Source: Stegostoma tigrinum (Eukaryota). From it: a DNA stretch of 64,000 nt. The position numbers and the translations under genes are program-made. How positions within the stretch are numbered: the first letter of the stretch is position 1; each line of letters opens with the position of its first letter. This document shows positions 1 to 11,800 of the stretch, one piece after another. The DNA lies in NCBI RefSeq assembly GCF_030684315.1, contig NC_081384.1, forward strand, positions 16,716,818-16,780,817, written 5' to 3'. The notes beneath the pieces were generated by a model. That model worked only from the letters and a program-made list of their open reading frames with translations. It had not been told where the DNA came from and made no database searches.

Positions 1-2310
1 GAGCACTGCTTTCTCAATGCTAGACCTGTATAAAGTTTTGTATGAAATCCTCTATATTTACCTATTTATATCCTGTAATTTGGTCTCAGTCTTTTTGCTG
101 TCTCGTCTGCAAAAACTTCTTTCTTTCTTCTAATATATTGTTCTAGTTCAACCATGACTGTCTCTCAGCAAAGCCTTGTCTGTTCTCCCATTGATATACA
201 CTAGCCAATGATTGACAACCTCATAGATTCTATATGTGTGGGTAGATTTCTTGAGAGTAAATTTCTCTTCCTTCAACAGATGTGCTCCCATGGCAGGTTC
301 TTTTAGGCCTCAGACAATCCTGCTTCTGTTGTGATACTGTTTCTGTTGTCTAAACTCGGATTTTAGCTAGATGTGCCAGTGTTACATAATGATCAATTGC
401 TTTCTCTGTGTGTCAGAGTCAATATTGAGCACATCCCATTTGAAGATTTCATCAAAGGTCGCATGTATGTCATCAAAATCTTTAAAATGTCTCCTATCCA
501 GATATCTGCTCCTTCGTAGGGAACAATGCACTCTTTTTCCAATTGACAACAAAGTTACTATTTTTTTATTTTGCTCAGTCTTTTTATTTAATTCAGTAGT
601 GATTTGATAGATTTGCCTTTAAGTGTAGCTAAAAAAAATTAGTTTCATATCTCCTTTTATTTCCACAGCAGCAGGAAATGGAAAATTTACAGCTACTCTG
701 ACTCACTCAGCAATTCAGAGTTGCAGACTATGGTTTTAATTCTTCCCATTTTATGTATATTAGCAAGATTTCCTATAGCTCTGAAAATTCATTCAATCTC
801 ACTTTTATACTTCTGATTCTGGAGTTTCATGTAATGTGTTTAATGATAGCTAAAAAACTAAAGTGAAAACAACTTACAGAAGAAGGAGGTCATGTGACTG
901 TGCTAAGCCAGCTATCACGTTGTGCACAAATACTTTCCTCAAAACAGCTCTAGTTCCAAAGCCTCTTTTACAAGTGGCTGATCCTGTGCAATCAATGATA
1001 TCTAAGGAACTCCAGCAGAGAGAGGAGGTTTTCACCATCACCAACAGTGATGTAAACTTGAACATCCACCTAAATTAGACTCCTCTTGGACTTTACAACA
1101 GGATTCAGATTACTGGGAAACTCCTCTGCTGTATTCTGAACTATAGACTTTGAAATTCAACATTAGCATCAGGTATTTCACCACAACAGATATACTGGTG
1201 ATAAGAAGTCTTCTAGCCTTGACACTTCCTCACATACTTGTTCTGTACCAGTATATTTCACAAATAGACTTTAAATCTCTTTAGACGTGGTGTAGCATTT
1301 ACAAACTTCTTGACTATGGCATGTTCAGTTTCTTCCGTTGTAATATTTCCAATGAGCAAATTCCTTTCCTTTGCTTGATAGAGCTGTGTGACTGCCATCT
1401 TCTGTGGATGGGGGTTTACTCCTTGTATATGTTCCAGGCCATGCTGATTTTCTGCAAAAATGCTTATACCCGCTATTTAATCTCTCGCTCAGTGATAGTT
1501 CCTACATTATTCAATGAATGTGAATACCCACTCAGTTTCATTGAGAACATAGGTAATACAGAATGTCTTTGATGTATCCAGCTGAATCAGGAAGCAGCAT
1601 CATGTCACAGTGGATGTTAGTATTTATTTGCAAAAAGGCCCATCTTTTACTGAATCTTTATTTCCAGTTGCTGTGAGTATTCCGGAGCTCATACAACAGG
1701 AGTGGCACCTTGTAATTCCAGGCTCTGTTAATGCAGGCTATTGACAAATTGTTCACATGTGAAATGATACTGTAATCTTGTAATTTACGCCTCCAGTCTT
1801 TGTTCTGTTTCAGTTGTTTGCTGCGTGGCATGTGCTACAGTGAAACTCGGAGATTTATATGGAGCTGGAATATTTGTTTCTTATTCATGTTGTTCTCTTT
1901 TTCAAACATTTGCCAACCAACGTGTTTCTGTGATTTTCTTTCTAGATCCTCTTAAGTAACCTTTCTGCAGTACTCAGGTAATCCTCAACAATATGCTGAT
2001 CCTCCTCAGCAGAAATAGTGAAGACATTAGGGCTACTATTTCCATAATCTACACGGCCATTTAAAAACAAAGTGAGATTTAGGATCCGTACCTCTGTTAA
2101 ATCATCAACATTAGTTGTATCCATATTCTCTTCCCCTGTTTTTGAAAGAACACATTTAGGTTGAGAGGTCATCTTGTGGGTCGTCTCTTCATTCTTGATA
2201 TACCTCACTTCTGCACTTTCTAGCAACTCCTCAAAGAGAAATGAGAAATCTATGACAGCCTTTTGTGATCCTCGAGGTGGTTGGGGAGGTGGAGTGTGGG
2301 CAGGTGTGGA
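1..2310 (-). pseudogene. Unidentified decayed coding-like sequence downstream of gag relic 1 (probably internal region of the same element)
   Basis: ORF 1942-2325 (127 aa) is followed, after a frameshift, by a frame with only two stops over ~130 codons (~1945-1545) and by further open stretches. The minus strand is purine-rich. No RT, RNase H or integrase motif was recognised. Confidence 0.35.
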
Positions 2311-3065
2311 ATCTATTATCTGCATGCCAAAATTTCTCTTCTAGATCAACCATTTCCCCTAAGAAGAATACATCTTGTTCTTCAGTACCATCTACTTCTT
2401 GGACTATTACAGTTTGGAGTGATTCTGTGTTAAATTTTTGTCCTGTAGTTGGAAGTCTTTGGCTTCCAAGGAAAATTGTTCTAAAAATGACCTCTCTTAT
2501 ACCAAGCATTGGCCAGACAGTTCCCACCACTATGCCATCTTCCCCCTTTTCTGCTTTCTTACTGACACATTGGCATCCTCTGACTGACCAATCGGACCAA
2601 ATCAGAATCGATATTCTGGTCTCAGGAATGTCCCCTGCCAAGTTGGACAAAGGTTCAAGCTGGCTCATGAACCCCACAGATCTGGCAGGCATAAAGTCCT
2701 CTTTGCACTGAAAGAATTTTGATAAAGCCTCATTCAGCACCCCAACTATCATGAGGTCTTTTATGAGCTCATCTCTGAATGTTCCATTTTGGCAATTACC
2801 AGTGAAGCAATAACCAATTGTTTCCCTTAGCTCCTGCCTGTAATGACTGAATTTCACCCAATCTATTATTGTGTTGTGCCACTAACTATAATAAGAATCA
2901 AACACCTAATGATGCCTTTGCATTTGGAGGTTTCTTCTTCAACCTCCCTACCTATTCAGAATGGCATCAGAACTGGTTCAGTTGTGCACAACAGTGAACA
3001 TACCAAATCAACAAAGGGCTTTTGTCAGAGTTTGGAGGCAGTTTAGTCCTAATTTTTAAAAATTC
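2310..3065 (-). mobile_element. Decayed Gypsy/Ty3-type gag plus start of protease (gag-PR relic 1)
   Basis: Minus-strand translation gives RDELIKDLMIVGVLNEALSKFFQCKED, resembling the Gypsy gag motif ELIRDRIVVGI.D..LS..LQ.K.DLTL. Upstream is FDSYYS*WHNTIIDWVKF. Downstream is FFLGEMVDLEEKFWHADN, typical just before the protease. Stops and frameshifts are present. Confidence 0.75.
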
Positions 3066-3129
3066 GATGATGGCCAAGTGTCCAGATGTTAGTCTGATGT
3101 TCTAGGTTACTAGTTCAGTGACACTGAAC

Positions 3130-3275
3130 CTCTTCTGCTCTAGTAGCCACAGTAGGTCCATGGCTGGTTCAGTTCATCTTGTGAATAGCAGCCCCAAGAA
3201 TGTTGATAGTGGGGAAATCAGCAATGGTAATGACATTGAATGCCAGAGAACAAATGGTTAGATTCTCCTTTTAGT
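3130..3275 (-). mobile_element. Old L2/Crack-like LINE fragment interrupted by the CR1 at 3281 (continues ~7016-7105)
   Basis: Similar to 27350-27460 (gtagccacagta...gttcagtt...gaatgttgatagtgggg...tcag...cattgaatg). The sequence resumes after the CR1 tail. Confidence 0.55.
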
Positions 3276-3280
3276 TGTTT

Positions 3281-6200
3281 CAGCAGCGGGAGTCCGAAAG
3301 GAGGCGCAAAGGCGGCCTGGGAAGGTAAGCTTTTCCTTCAAAAACTTACCTCGTAAATAGGCGGAGCGCACGTTGAGCAGGCGCAGATACGGGATGGCTG
3401 AGTAAGTTAGGTAATATATTTGGGCATATAAGGTGGGTGAACTTGCAGCATGGATTAGTACCTGGGACTTCGATGTTGTGGCCATTTCGGAGACATGGTT
3501 AGAGCAGGGACAGGAATAGTTGTTGCAGGTTCCGGGGTTTAGACGTTTCACTAAGATCAGGGAAGGTGGTAAAAGAGGGGAACGTGTGGCATTATTAGTC
3601 ATGAACAGTATTACGGTGGTAGAAAGGATGTTTGATGAGGACTTGTCAACTGAGGTAGTATGGGCTGAGTCTAGAAACAGGAAAGGAGAGATCACCCTGT
3701 TGAGAGTTTTCTATAGGCCTCCGAAAAGTTCCAGAGATGTAGAGGAAAGGATTGCAAAGATGATTCTGGATGAGGTGATGCACTTTGGTAGGAGTAGCTG
3801 GAAGGCAAAGTACAGGGCTAATGGTAAGATTCTTAGTAGTGTAGATGAGCAGAGAGATCTCGGTGACCATGTACACAGATCCTTGAAAGTTGCCACCCAG
3901 GTTGACAGGGCTGTTAAAAAGGCATACAGTGTTTTAGCTTTTATTAATAGAGGGATCGAGTTCCGGAACCAAGAGGTTATGGTGAAGCTGTACAAAACTC
4001 TGGTGCGGCTGCACTTGGAGTATTGTATACAGTTCTGGTCACCGCATTATAGAAGGATGTGGAAGCTTTGGAAAGGGTGCAGATGAGATTTACTAGGATG
4101 TTGCCTGGTATGGAGGGAAGGTCTTATGAGGAAAGGCTGAGGGACTTGAGGCCGTTTTCATTAGTGAGAAGAAGGTTGAGAGGTGACTTAATTGAAACAT
4201 ATAAAATAATCAGAGGGTTAGATAGGGTGGATAGGGAGAGCCTTTTTCCTAGGATGGTGACGGCGAACACGAGGGAGCATAGCTTTAAATTGAGGGGTGA
4301 AAGATATAGGACAGATGTCAGAGGTAGTTTCTTTACTCAGAGAGTAGTAAGGGAATGGAACGCTTTGCCTGCAACAGTAGTAGATTCGCCAACTTTAGGT
4401 ACATTTAAGTCGTCATTGGACAAGCATATGGACTTACATGAAATAGTATAGGTTAGATGGGCTTGAGATTGGTATGACAGGTCGGCACAACATCGAAGGC
4501 CGAAGGGCCTGTACTGTGCTGTAATGTTCTATGTTTTATGTATGTTCTATGGGAGCGAAAGTAACAGGGTAGTTGTTATGGGGCCTTTAACTTTCTGAAT
4601 ATTGACTGGAAACGCTATAGTTCAAGTACTATAGATGGGTCAGTTTTTGTCCAGTGTGTGCAGGAGGGTTTCCTGACACAGTATGTAGATCGACCAACAA
4701 GAGGCAAGGCCACATTGGATTTGGTTCTGGGTAATGAACCAGGCCAGGTGTTAGATTTGGAGGTAGGTGAGCACTTTGGTGATAGTGACCACAATTCAGT
4801 TACGTTTACATTAGTGATGGAAAGAGATAGGTATATACCGCAGGACAAGAGTTATAGCTGGGGGAAAGGCGATTATGAGGTGATTAGGCAAGACTTAGGA
4901 TGCATAGGATGGGGAGGGAAACTGCAGGGTCTGGGCACGATTGAAATGTGAGCTTGTTCAAGGAACAGCTACTGCGTGTCCTTGATAAGTATGTACCTGT
5001 CAGGCAGGGAGGAAGTAGTCGAGTGAGGGAACCATGTTTTACTAGAGAAGTTGAATCCCTTGTCAACAGGAAGAAGGAGGCTTATGTAAAGATGAGGTGT
5101 GAAGGCTCAGTTAGGGCGCTTGAGAGTTACAAGTTAGCCAGGAAGGGCCTAAAGAGAGAGCTAAGAAGAGCCAGGAGGTGACATGAGAAGTCTTTGGCGG
5201 GTAGGATCAAGGAACACCCTAAAGCTTTCTATAGGTGTGTCAGGAATAAAAGAATGACGAAAGTATGATTAGGGTCAGTCAAAGTCAGAAGTGGGAAGTT
5301 GTGCGTGGAGTCCGAAGAAATAGGAGAGGCGCTAAATGAATACTTTTCATCAGTATTCACAAAGGAAAAAGACAATGTTGTCGAGGAGAATACTGAGATA
5401 CAGGCTATTAGGCTAGATGGGATTAAGGTTCATAAGGAGGAGTTGTTAGCAATTCTGGAAAATGTGAAAATAGATAAGTCCCCTGGGCTGGATGGGATGT
5501 ATCCTAGGATTCTCTGGGAAGCTAGGGAGGAGATTGCAGAGCCTTTGGCTTTGATCTTTATGTTATCATTGTCTACAGGAATAGTGCCAGATGACTGGAG
5601 GATAGCAAATATGGTCCCCTTGTTCAAGAAGGGGAGTAGAGACAACCCTGGTAATTATAGACCAGTGAGCCTTACCTCGGTTGTGAGTAAAGTGTTGGAA
5701 AGGATTATAAGAGAAAGGATTTATAATCATACAGAAAGGAATAATTTGATTAGGGATAGTCAACACAGTTTTGTGAAAGGTAGGCCATGCCTCACAAACC
5801 TTATTGAGTTCTTTGACAAGGTGACCAAACAGGTGGATGAGGGTAAAGCGGTTGATGTGGTGTATATGGATTTCAGTAAAGTGTTTGCTAGGGTTCGCCA
5901 TGGTAGGCTATTGTAGAAAATACAGAGGCATGGGACTGAGGGTGATTTAGTGGTTTGGATCAGAAATTGGCTAGCTGGAAGAAGACAGAGGGTGGTGGTC
6001 GATGGGAGATGTTCATTCTGGAGTTCAGTTACTAGTGGTGTACCACAAAGATCTGTTTTGGGGCCACTGCTGTTAGTCATTTTTATAAATGACTGGATGA
6101 CGGTGTAGAAGGATGGGTTAGTAAATTTGCAGATGACACTAATGTCGGTGGAGCTGTGGATAGTGCAGAAGAATGTTGCAGGTTACAGAAGGACATAGAT

Positions 6201-7015
6201 AAGCTGCAGAGCTGGGCTGAGAGGTGGCAAATGGAGTTTAGTGCGGACAAGTGTGAGGTGATTCGTGTGGAAGGAGTAACAGGAATACAGAGTACTGGGC
6301 TAATGGTAAGATTCTTGGTAGTGTGGACGAGCACGGGGATCTTGGTGTCCATGTGCATAGATCCCTGAAAGTTGCCACCCAGGTTGATAGGGTTGTTAGG
6401 AAGGCTTATGGTGTGTTAGGTTTTGTTGGTAGAGGGATTGAGTTTCAGAGCCATGAGGTCATGTTGCAGCTGTACAAAACTCTGGTGTGGCCGGACTTGG
6501 AGTATTGCATACAGTTCTGGTCGCCGCATTATAGAAAGGATGTGGAAAGGGTGCAGAGGAGATTTACCAGGATGTTGCCTGGTAAGGAGGGAAGGTCTTA
6601 TGAGGAAAGGCTGAGGGACTTGAGGCTGTTTTTGTTAGAGAGAAGAAGGTTAAGAGGTGACTTAATAGAGACATATAAGATGATCAGAGGATTAGATAGG
6701 ATGGACAGTAAGAGCCTTTTTCCTCGGATGGTGATGGCTAGCATGAGGAGACATAGGTTTAAATTGAGGGTGATTGATATAGGACAGATGTCAGAGGTGG
6801 GTTCTTTACTCAGAGAGTAGTAAGGGCATGCAATGCCCTGCCTGCAACAGTACTAGACTCGTCAAGTTTAAGGTCATTTAAATGGTCATTGAATAGACAT
6901 ATGGATGATAATGGGATAGTGTTGGTTAGATGGGCTTCAGATTGGTTTCACAGGTCGGCACAACATTGAGGGCCGAAGGGCCTGTACTGCGCTGTAATGT
7001 TCTATGTTCTATGTT
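3281..7015 (+). mobile_element. CR1 (HER1-like) LINE, decayed ORF2 (APE endonuclease + RT), 3' UTR and (GTTCTAT)n tail
   Basis: Endonuclease motifs DVVAISETW, FYRPP, LDLVLGNEP, GDSDHN. RT-region motifs KSPGLDGMYPRIL, NYRPVSLTSVV, VDVVYMDFSK, KFADDT. C-terminus LEYCIQFWSPHY...LERRRLRGDLIETYK. Many stops and frameshifts. Tail ends at ~7015. Confidence 0.95.
3771..4550 (+). mobile_element. 5'-truncated CR1 nested in the endonuclease domain of the host CR1
   Basis: Carries the ORF2 C-terminus, 3' UTR and tail (tatgttctat at 4541-4550). It closely resembles the host 3' end at ~6255-7015. The host endonuclease resumes at 4551 (SESNRVVVMG). Confidence 0.92.
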
Positions 7016-7754
7016 GTTGAGATGAACATGGTCTGGTACTTGAGTAATGTAAATGTTATTAATCACTTATTAGATCAAGCTTGGATGTTGTCCAGGTCTT
7101 GCAATGACAGTGATGCTAATCCATCCAGTGCATGGTTTGGTTGAGGTCCTACATATGAACCAGAGGCTCAGGAAGTAATAAGGCTCCTTCCATTGTGCAG
7201 TTCACTCCTTGTTAGCTGGCATGGGACTCCAATAATGATTAGGTGCTCCAGTTTCGCTTTGAGCATTTTCTTGAGTGTACTCTGCCGGATTTTCATTTCC
7301 TGGCTTTCATCAGCATCAGCTAGGATCCTCAAAACAAGGGTTTGCAAACTATCATTAGCAAGTTTATGTATCATGACCAGGTTATGGATGCTTCTGACAG
7401 AGTACTAGAAAACAGACTAGTGCGCACTAATGAACATTTCAGGACTGTTTGCAGAGATATGGAATAGAACGACTCCAGAATAGAATCTTCATTCCCTCAA
7501 GTTCCCGTTCCAAGTTATCCAATATCATTGATGAGTCTACTTATCAGCGTAATATCTTTTAACCTGTAATTCTACAATAATTATTCAATGAATGCCCCCT
7601 GCCTGTCAATACATTATCTTGATTAACATCATTATCATTGGAATGGTGATGCATTTTGGAGGGGAGAATGTTTGACATTGTGGATATGGACTCTGGGTCA
7701 ACGGCAATCCTGGCTAGCAATTTCCTTTCGCAGTTATTGGAAAAAATAACATAT

Positions 7755-8052
7755 TTTCCCTTTGTGGCAAAATCTAGAACCAGAGGGCATATTCTCAGGA
7801 TAAGGGATTGCACATTTAAGTCAGAGATGTGAAGGAACTTCTCTCAGATATTAGTGCATTTGTGGAGCTCTTGAAGGATGGTCTTAAATATATTCAAGGC
7901 TGAGATAGACATATTTTTAATCAGTAAGGAAATCAAGGGCTGTAGAGAAAAGGCAGGAAAGTAGAGTTGAGGGCTATCAGTTCACCCATGATCATATTGA
8001 ATGATAGAGCAGGCTCAATGGGCTGAATAGCTTACGTCTGCTCCTATGTCTT
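7755..8052 (+). mobile_element. CR1 3' fragment (older subfamily)
   Basis: tctagaaccagagggcat...tattcaaggctgagatagac...caggctcaatgggctgaat...ctcctatgtctt matches a CR1 3' end. Confidence 0.8.
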
Positions 8053-8133
8053 GAGAACGTGTGGTCCAGTCCACTTCCCCCTCCAAGTATTGAGATGTAC
8101 TCAGTCATCTGCAGTTTTGATAAACCTCTTCAA

Positions 8134-8288
8134 TGAAGAAAGTTAGAATAGTGTTTGATACTTATCATTGGGATTTGACAGATGAATTCCTTCAGGAATT
8201 TGCATCCTGTTGTTTCCATATTCTAATAGGCTGGTCTTCCCTAAACATTAGAACATAGAACATAGAACATGGAGAAGTACAGCACAGT
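8134..8288 (-). repeat. Inverted copy of 8776-8923 (CR1 3' tail plus downstream flank)
   Basis: Hand alignment to the reverse complement of 8776-8923 shows ~7 substitutions and one extra 7-nt tail unit. Confidence 0.95.
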
Positions 8289-8300
8289 TTGATAAACCTC

Positions 8301-8808
8301 GCCCTATTATAGGAAAGATGTGGAGGCTTTGGAGAGGGTGCAAAGGAGGTTTACCAGGATGCTGCCTGGACTGTCTTACAAGGAGAGGTTGACTGAGCTT
8401 GGACTTTTCTCTCTGGAGAGAAGGAGGAAGAGAGGTGACCTGATCGAGGTGTACACGGTAATGAGAGGCATGGATAGAGTTGATAACCAGAGACTTTTCC
8501 CCAGGGCAGGATTGACTGCCATGAGGTGTCATAGTTTTAAGGTGTTAGGAGGAAGGTATAGAGGAGACATCAGAGGGAGATTTGTCACCCAGAGAGTTGT
8601 GAGCGCATGGAATGCTTTGCTAGTGGTAGTCGTGGAAGCAGACTCATTAGTGACATTTAAGCGACTGCTGGACATGCACATGGACAGCAGTGAATTGACG
8701 GGAATGTAGTTTAGGTTACTTTATTTTTGGATTAGGATTAATCCACGGAACAACATCATGGGCCGAAGGGCCTGTACTGTGCTGTACTTTTCTATGTTCT
8801 GTGTTCTA
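8301..8808 (+). mobile_element. 5'-truncated CR1
   Basis: ORF 8320-8709 reads ALERVQRRFTRMLPG...LFSLERRRKRGDLIEVY...FVTQRVVSAWNAL. Ends ggccgaagggcctgtactgtgctgt plus tail. Confidence 0.93.
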
Positions 8809-11800
8809 ATGGTTAGGGAAGACCAGCCTATTAGAATATGGAAATAACAGGATGCAAATTCCTGATGGAATTCATCTGTCAAATCCCAATGATAAGTATC
8901 AAACACGATTCTAACTTTCTTCAGTCTGTTTCTCCACCAACTCTCTCTTCAGTCTGATTACAAATTTAGCACAATTGAAAGAAATTAAGTGAGAAAGATA
9001 GAGTCTAAAATAACATAGATACACAATGCCACAGGAAGGAGTGAGCTCAATGGACTGAATGATAATTTCCTCATTCAAATTTTTTAAGTTCTTGGCTATA
9101 TGGCTTTTGGCATCAAATTCATCATTAAGAATAAAGGAGAAATGGAACAGTAAGCTGGTCAAAAAAAGCCAGTTGTTCTATTATTGAAGAGTATGTTAGG
9201 TCTTTGGCATCTACTAGAATGCAGTAACCTGCTTGAAGATGATTTGGCCCATCACTCACATCAGCAGGCAGCTTAGTTACTGATGATCTTATTAATCATC
9301 ACAGCCTTGTCTCATAACAGCCCAACAAAAGCATTTGTTTGAGTTTGACCAATGATCACAGTTTGATGATCTTTACGTAGGGGATTGGAATTCCTTTACA
9401 GGTTTTAGCCAACTTCTTTTACCCTGATGGAAGGTTAGTGAGTGAGTAATCCAGCCCAATCGCTCCCCTGCTCCTCACCCCACTATCAAACTTAGAGGAA
9501 AATAGCCAGGAAGTGGGGGCTCTTGTAGAGTTGGGGAACTGTCATGCCAGTCAGTGGTGAGGAATTCTGCCTTCACTCACCTTCATGACTGCCCCCAGTG
9601 GGGCCTAAAAAATTCAGCTTCTCACACGTAAAGAAAAGAGTTGATCCAAACATTTATCTGAACATTTCTGCTTCTGGATCCTACTGTGTATAAATTAGCT
9701 GCTGTACTTCTGTGTTGTAACTGTGCCACACTTGATGCGAGTAACTAAGACTCTCGCAGGTGGGTCTCCTGGGAGGGCCTTGCCTGACTGGTTACCTTTG
9801 GTGTTGGTTCTTACGTAGCTTTCTCCAACACATAGTCAGCCAAGCCTCCAAAAGGCCCCACCAGTAACAGCAAACAGCCACTATCGGTCTGGGCTGAAGT
9901 GGTGGTATTGGCTGGCTAATTCGACTGCTGGGATACAGCTCATCTTGGCTGGAGAGGGAGTGGGGTGTATTTCTGGAAATAAGGTATGAGATGGCCATTG
10001 ATCTGTGTAGATCTAGGGACTGGCCCCATTTAAAAAAGAAATAACCAGATTGGCACTGGATGTCCCAAAAATCTGGATGGGATGCCAGTCAATTTCCTGG
10101 CATGTGTGTAATGGCAGCGCCATGCTATAAATACCAATTGCCATTTAACATCCATTATTTTGCCATTGGCTAGATAGAGACCAATGACGAAATTTCCGCC
10201 TGTGTTCTCTCAGACTGGTTGTCAGGCGTGAGGTCTGAGAGCCAGATGGATGTTCTTTCTGCCATCGGATGGCTTCCTGAACGACAAACACATCAGATGA
10301 TGAGAGGTATACCTGGAATGGTCTCCAGTTCACTCTCTTGTTGCGGGGTATCTGCCCTTGCTTGGCTCTGTACTGTGGTAGGCCCTGCTTTTTGCTCTAA
10401 CCTGTTCCTCTTAACACCATTGGCTTGGATAGCTGGTAGAAGCTTACATTTCGCTGATGAGTGACATAAAACTCGGACAAGGCACTTCTGTGTATCAAAA
10501 TGTGAAGTGCTTAATGATAACTCGAGGCTAGGGGAAAGCTAATTTGTTGACAATATTTGGTTAGACCTTTATCGTTCTGGATCATCTGCACAGTGTCAGA
10601 AAAACTAATTTGAGAGAAACAGATATTTTTGTCCATAGGTTTTTTTTAATGATAATTCACAATCTAAATTCAGCTGTGTGCAAAATTGATCATAAATTAA
10701 AATCAGTCTGATTCAGGCCTGGAAGCTTTAGATATCACCCCACACAACAATCTATTTTCAGCTTTTTCCTCTGATTATGTAAAAGGCTTTAAAAAAAACC
10801 GTAACATTGTTTTGCTCTCAGGGGCTTAATGCTTAAAGTATTTCCTGCAGATTTTTTCACTCTGTTTCTTTAAATTACTTTTGTATCATGTAGCTTTCTT
10901 TTCCTCCAGTCTACAGTAAGACACATTCTATGTCATTATGCAGGTTTGGATTAAAATCTTCTAGCATAATTGAGCTACTTCAGCATATACATATATGTAA
11001 AAGAAGTGGATTATATACATCTCTATTGTTGTCCTGCTCTATCATGGATGTTCACCATTGCAACTCTTTACCAGCATGAAATGACAGGGACAACCACGGA
11101 AAGACTTGTTAGCGTTACTGTTGTATTGTGTCCTGAGCTTCAGTGATGCTTGAAAAGTATCAACCCCAGAATGATGTTGGGATGATTTATAGAGTCAGGA
11201 AGAGCTTGAAACAAATGATAGGCCACAGACATATTACCACAAAGGCTCTAGCTCTTGTTTTAGAATCCTTCTGAGGCTTCAAGCTACCTTGCTGTGTGCA
11301 GGCTTCCTCAGGCTTTCTAGGCAGAGGTATGCCTGGACAAATGGCTGCCCCTGAAAAGGTAAGTAGCTTCTATTTTTACGATGATATAGAGCAGTAAGAA
11401 CAGGAACGCTCTTTGAGACTATAACTTTCCAAAGGATCGCAGCCAACCACATCTTCACCACTCTCTCCCTGTGTTGTCCTCTACCCCTAGACCAATATCT
11501 TAGACCTACTGCCCAGAATTCATTTGTGGCAAGTAACCTGTGAAGGCATGGCAAATACTAATAAGTCACTTAATCTACTGAAATACTGATAAAGACTGAT
11601 TAAACTCAACTGAGAGTAAAATTTTATTGAGTTAACAAAAAAATTGGTTCCCTTTGCTCATTGAGGACAAAGTGAGAGGATGATTGTTCGGTGATAGAAA
11701 TAAAATCCATAAAAGATGAGTAAATATCTGAACTATTTCAAAGGTATAGGGAATGGAATTCATTTGGATTGCAGCTTGTGCAGCCCAGTGGGTCAATTGG

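Noticed and set aside
1355-1395. AKERNLLIG as the mononegaviral L-protein KERE motif
   Set aside because: The match is too short and no other polymerase motif (e.g. GDN) is found nearby.
2265-2711. 148-aa Ser-rich plus-strand ORF
   Set aside because: Antisense shadow of the gag relic.
7140-7750. Minus-strand coding-like stretch (ORFs 7168-7374 and 7559-7813)
   Set aside because: No recognisable motif or splice structure, and part of it overlaps an antisense CR1 fragment.
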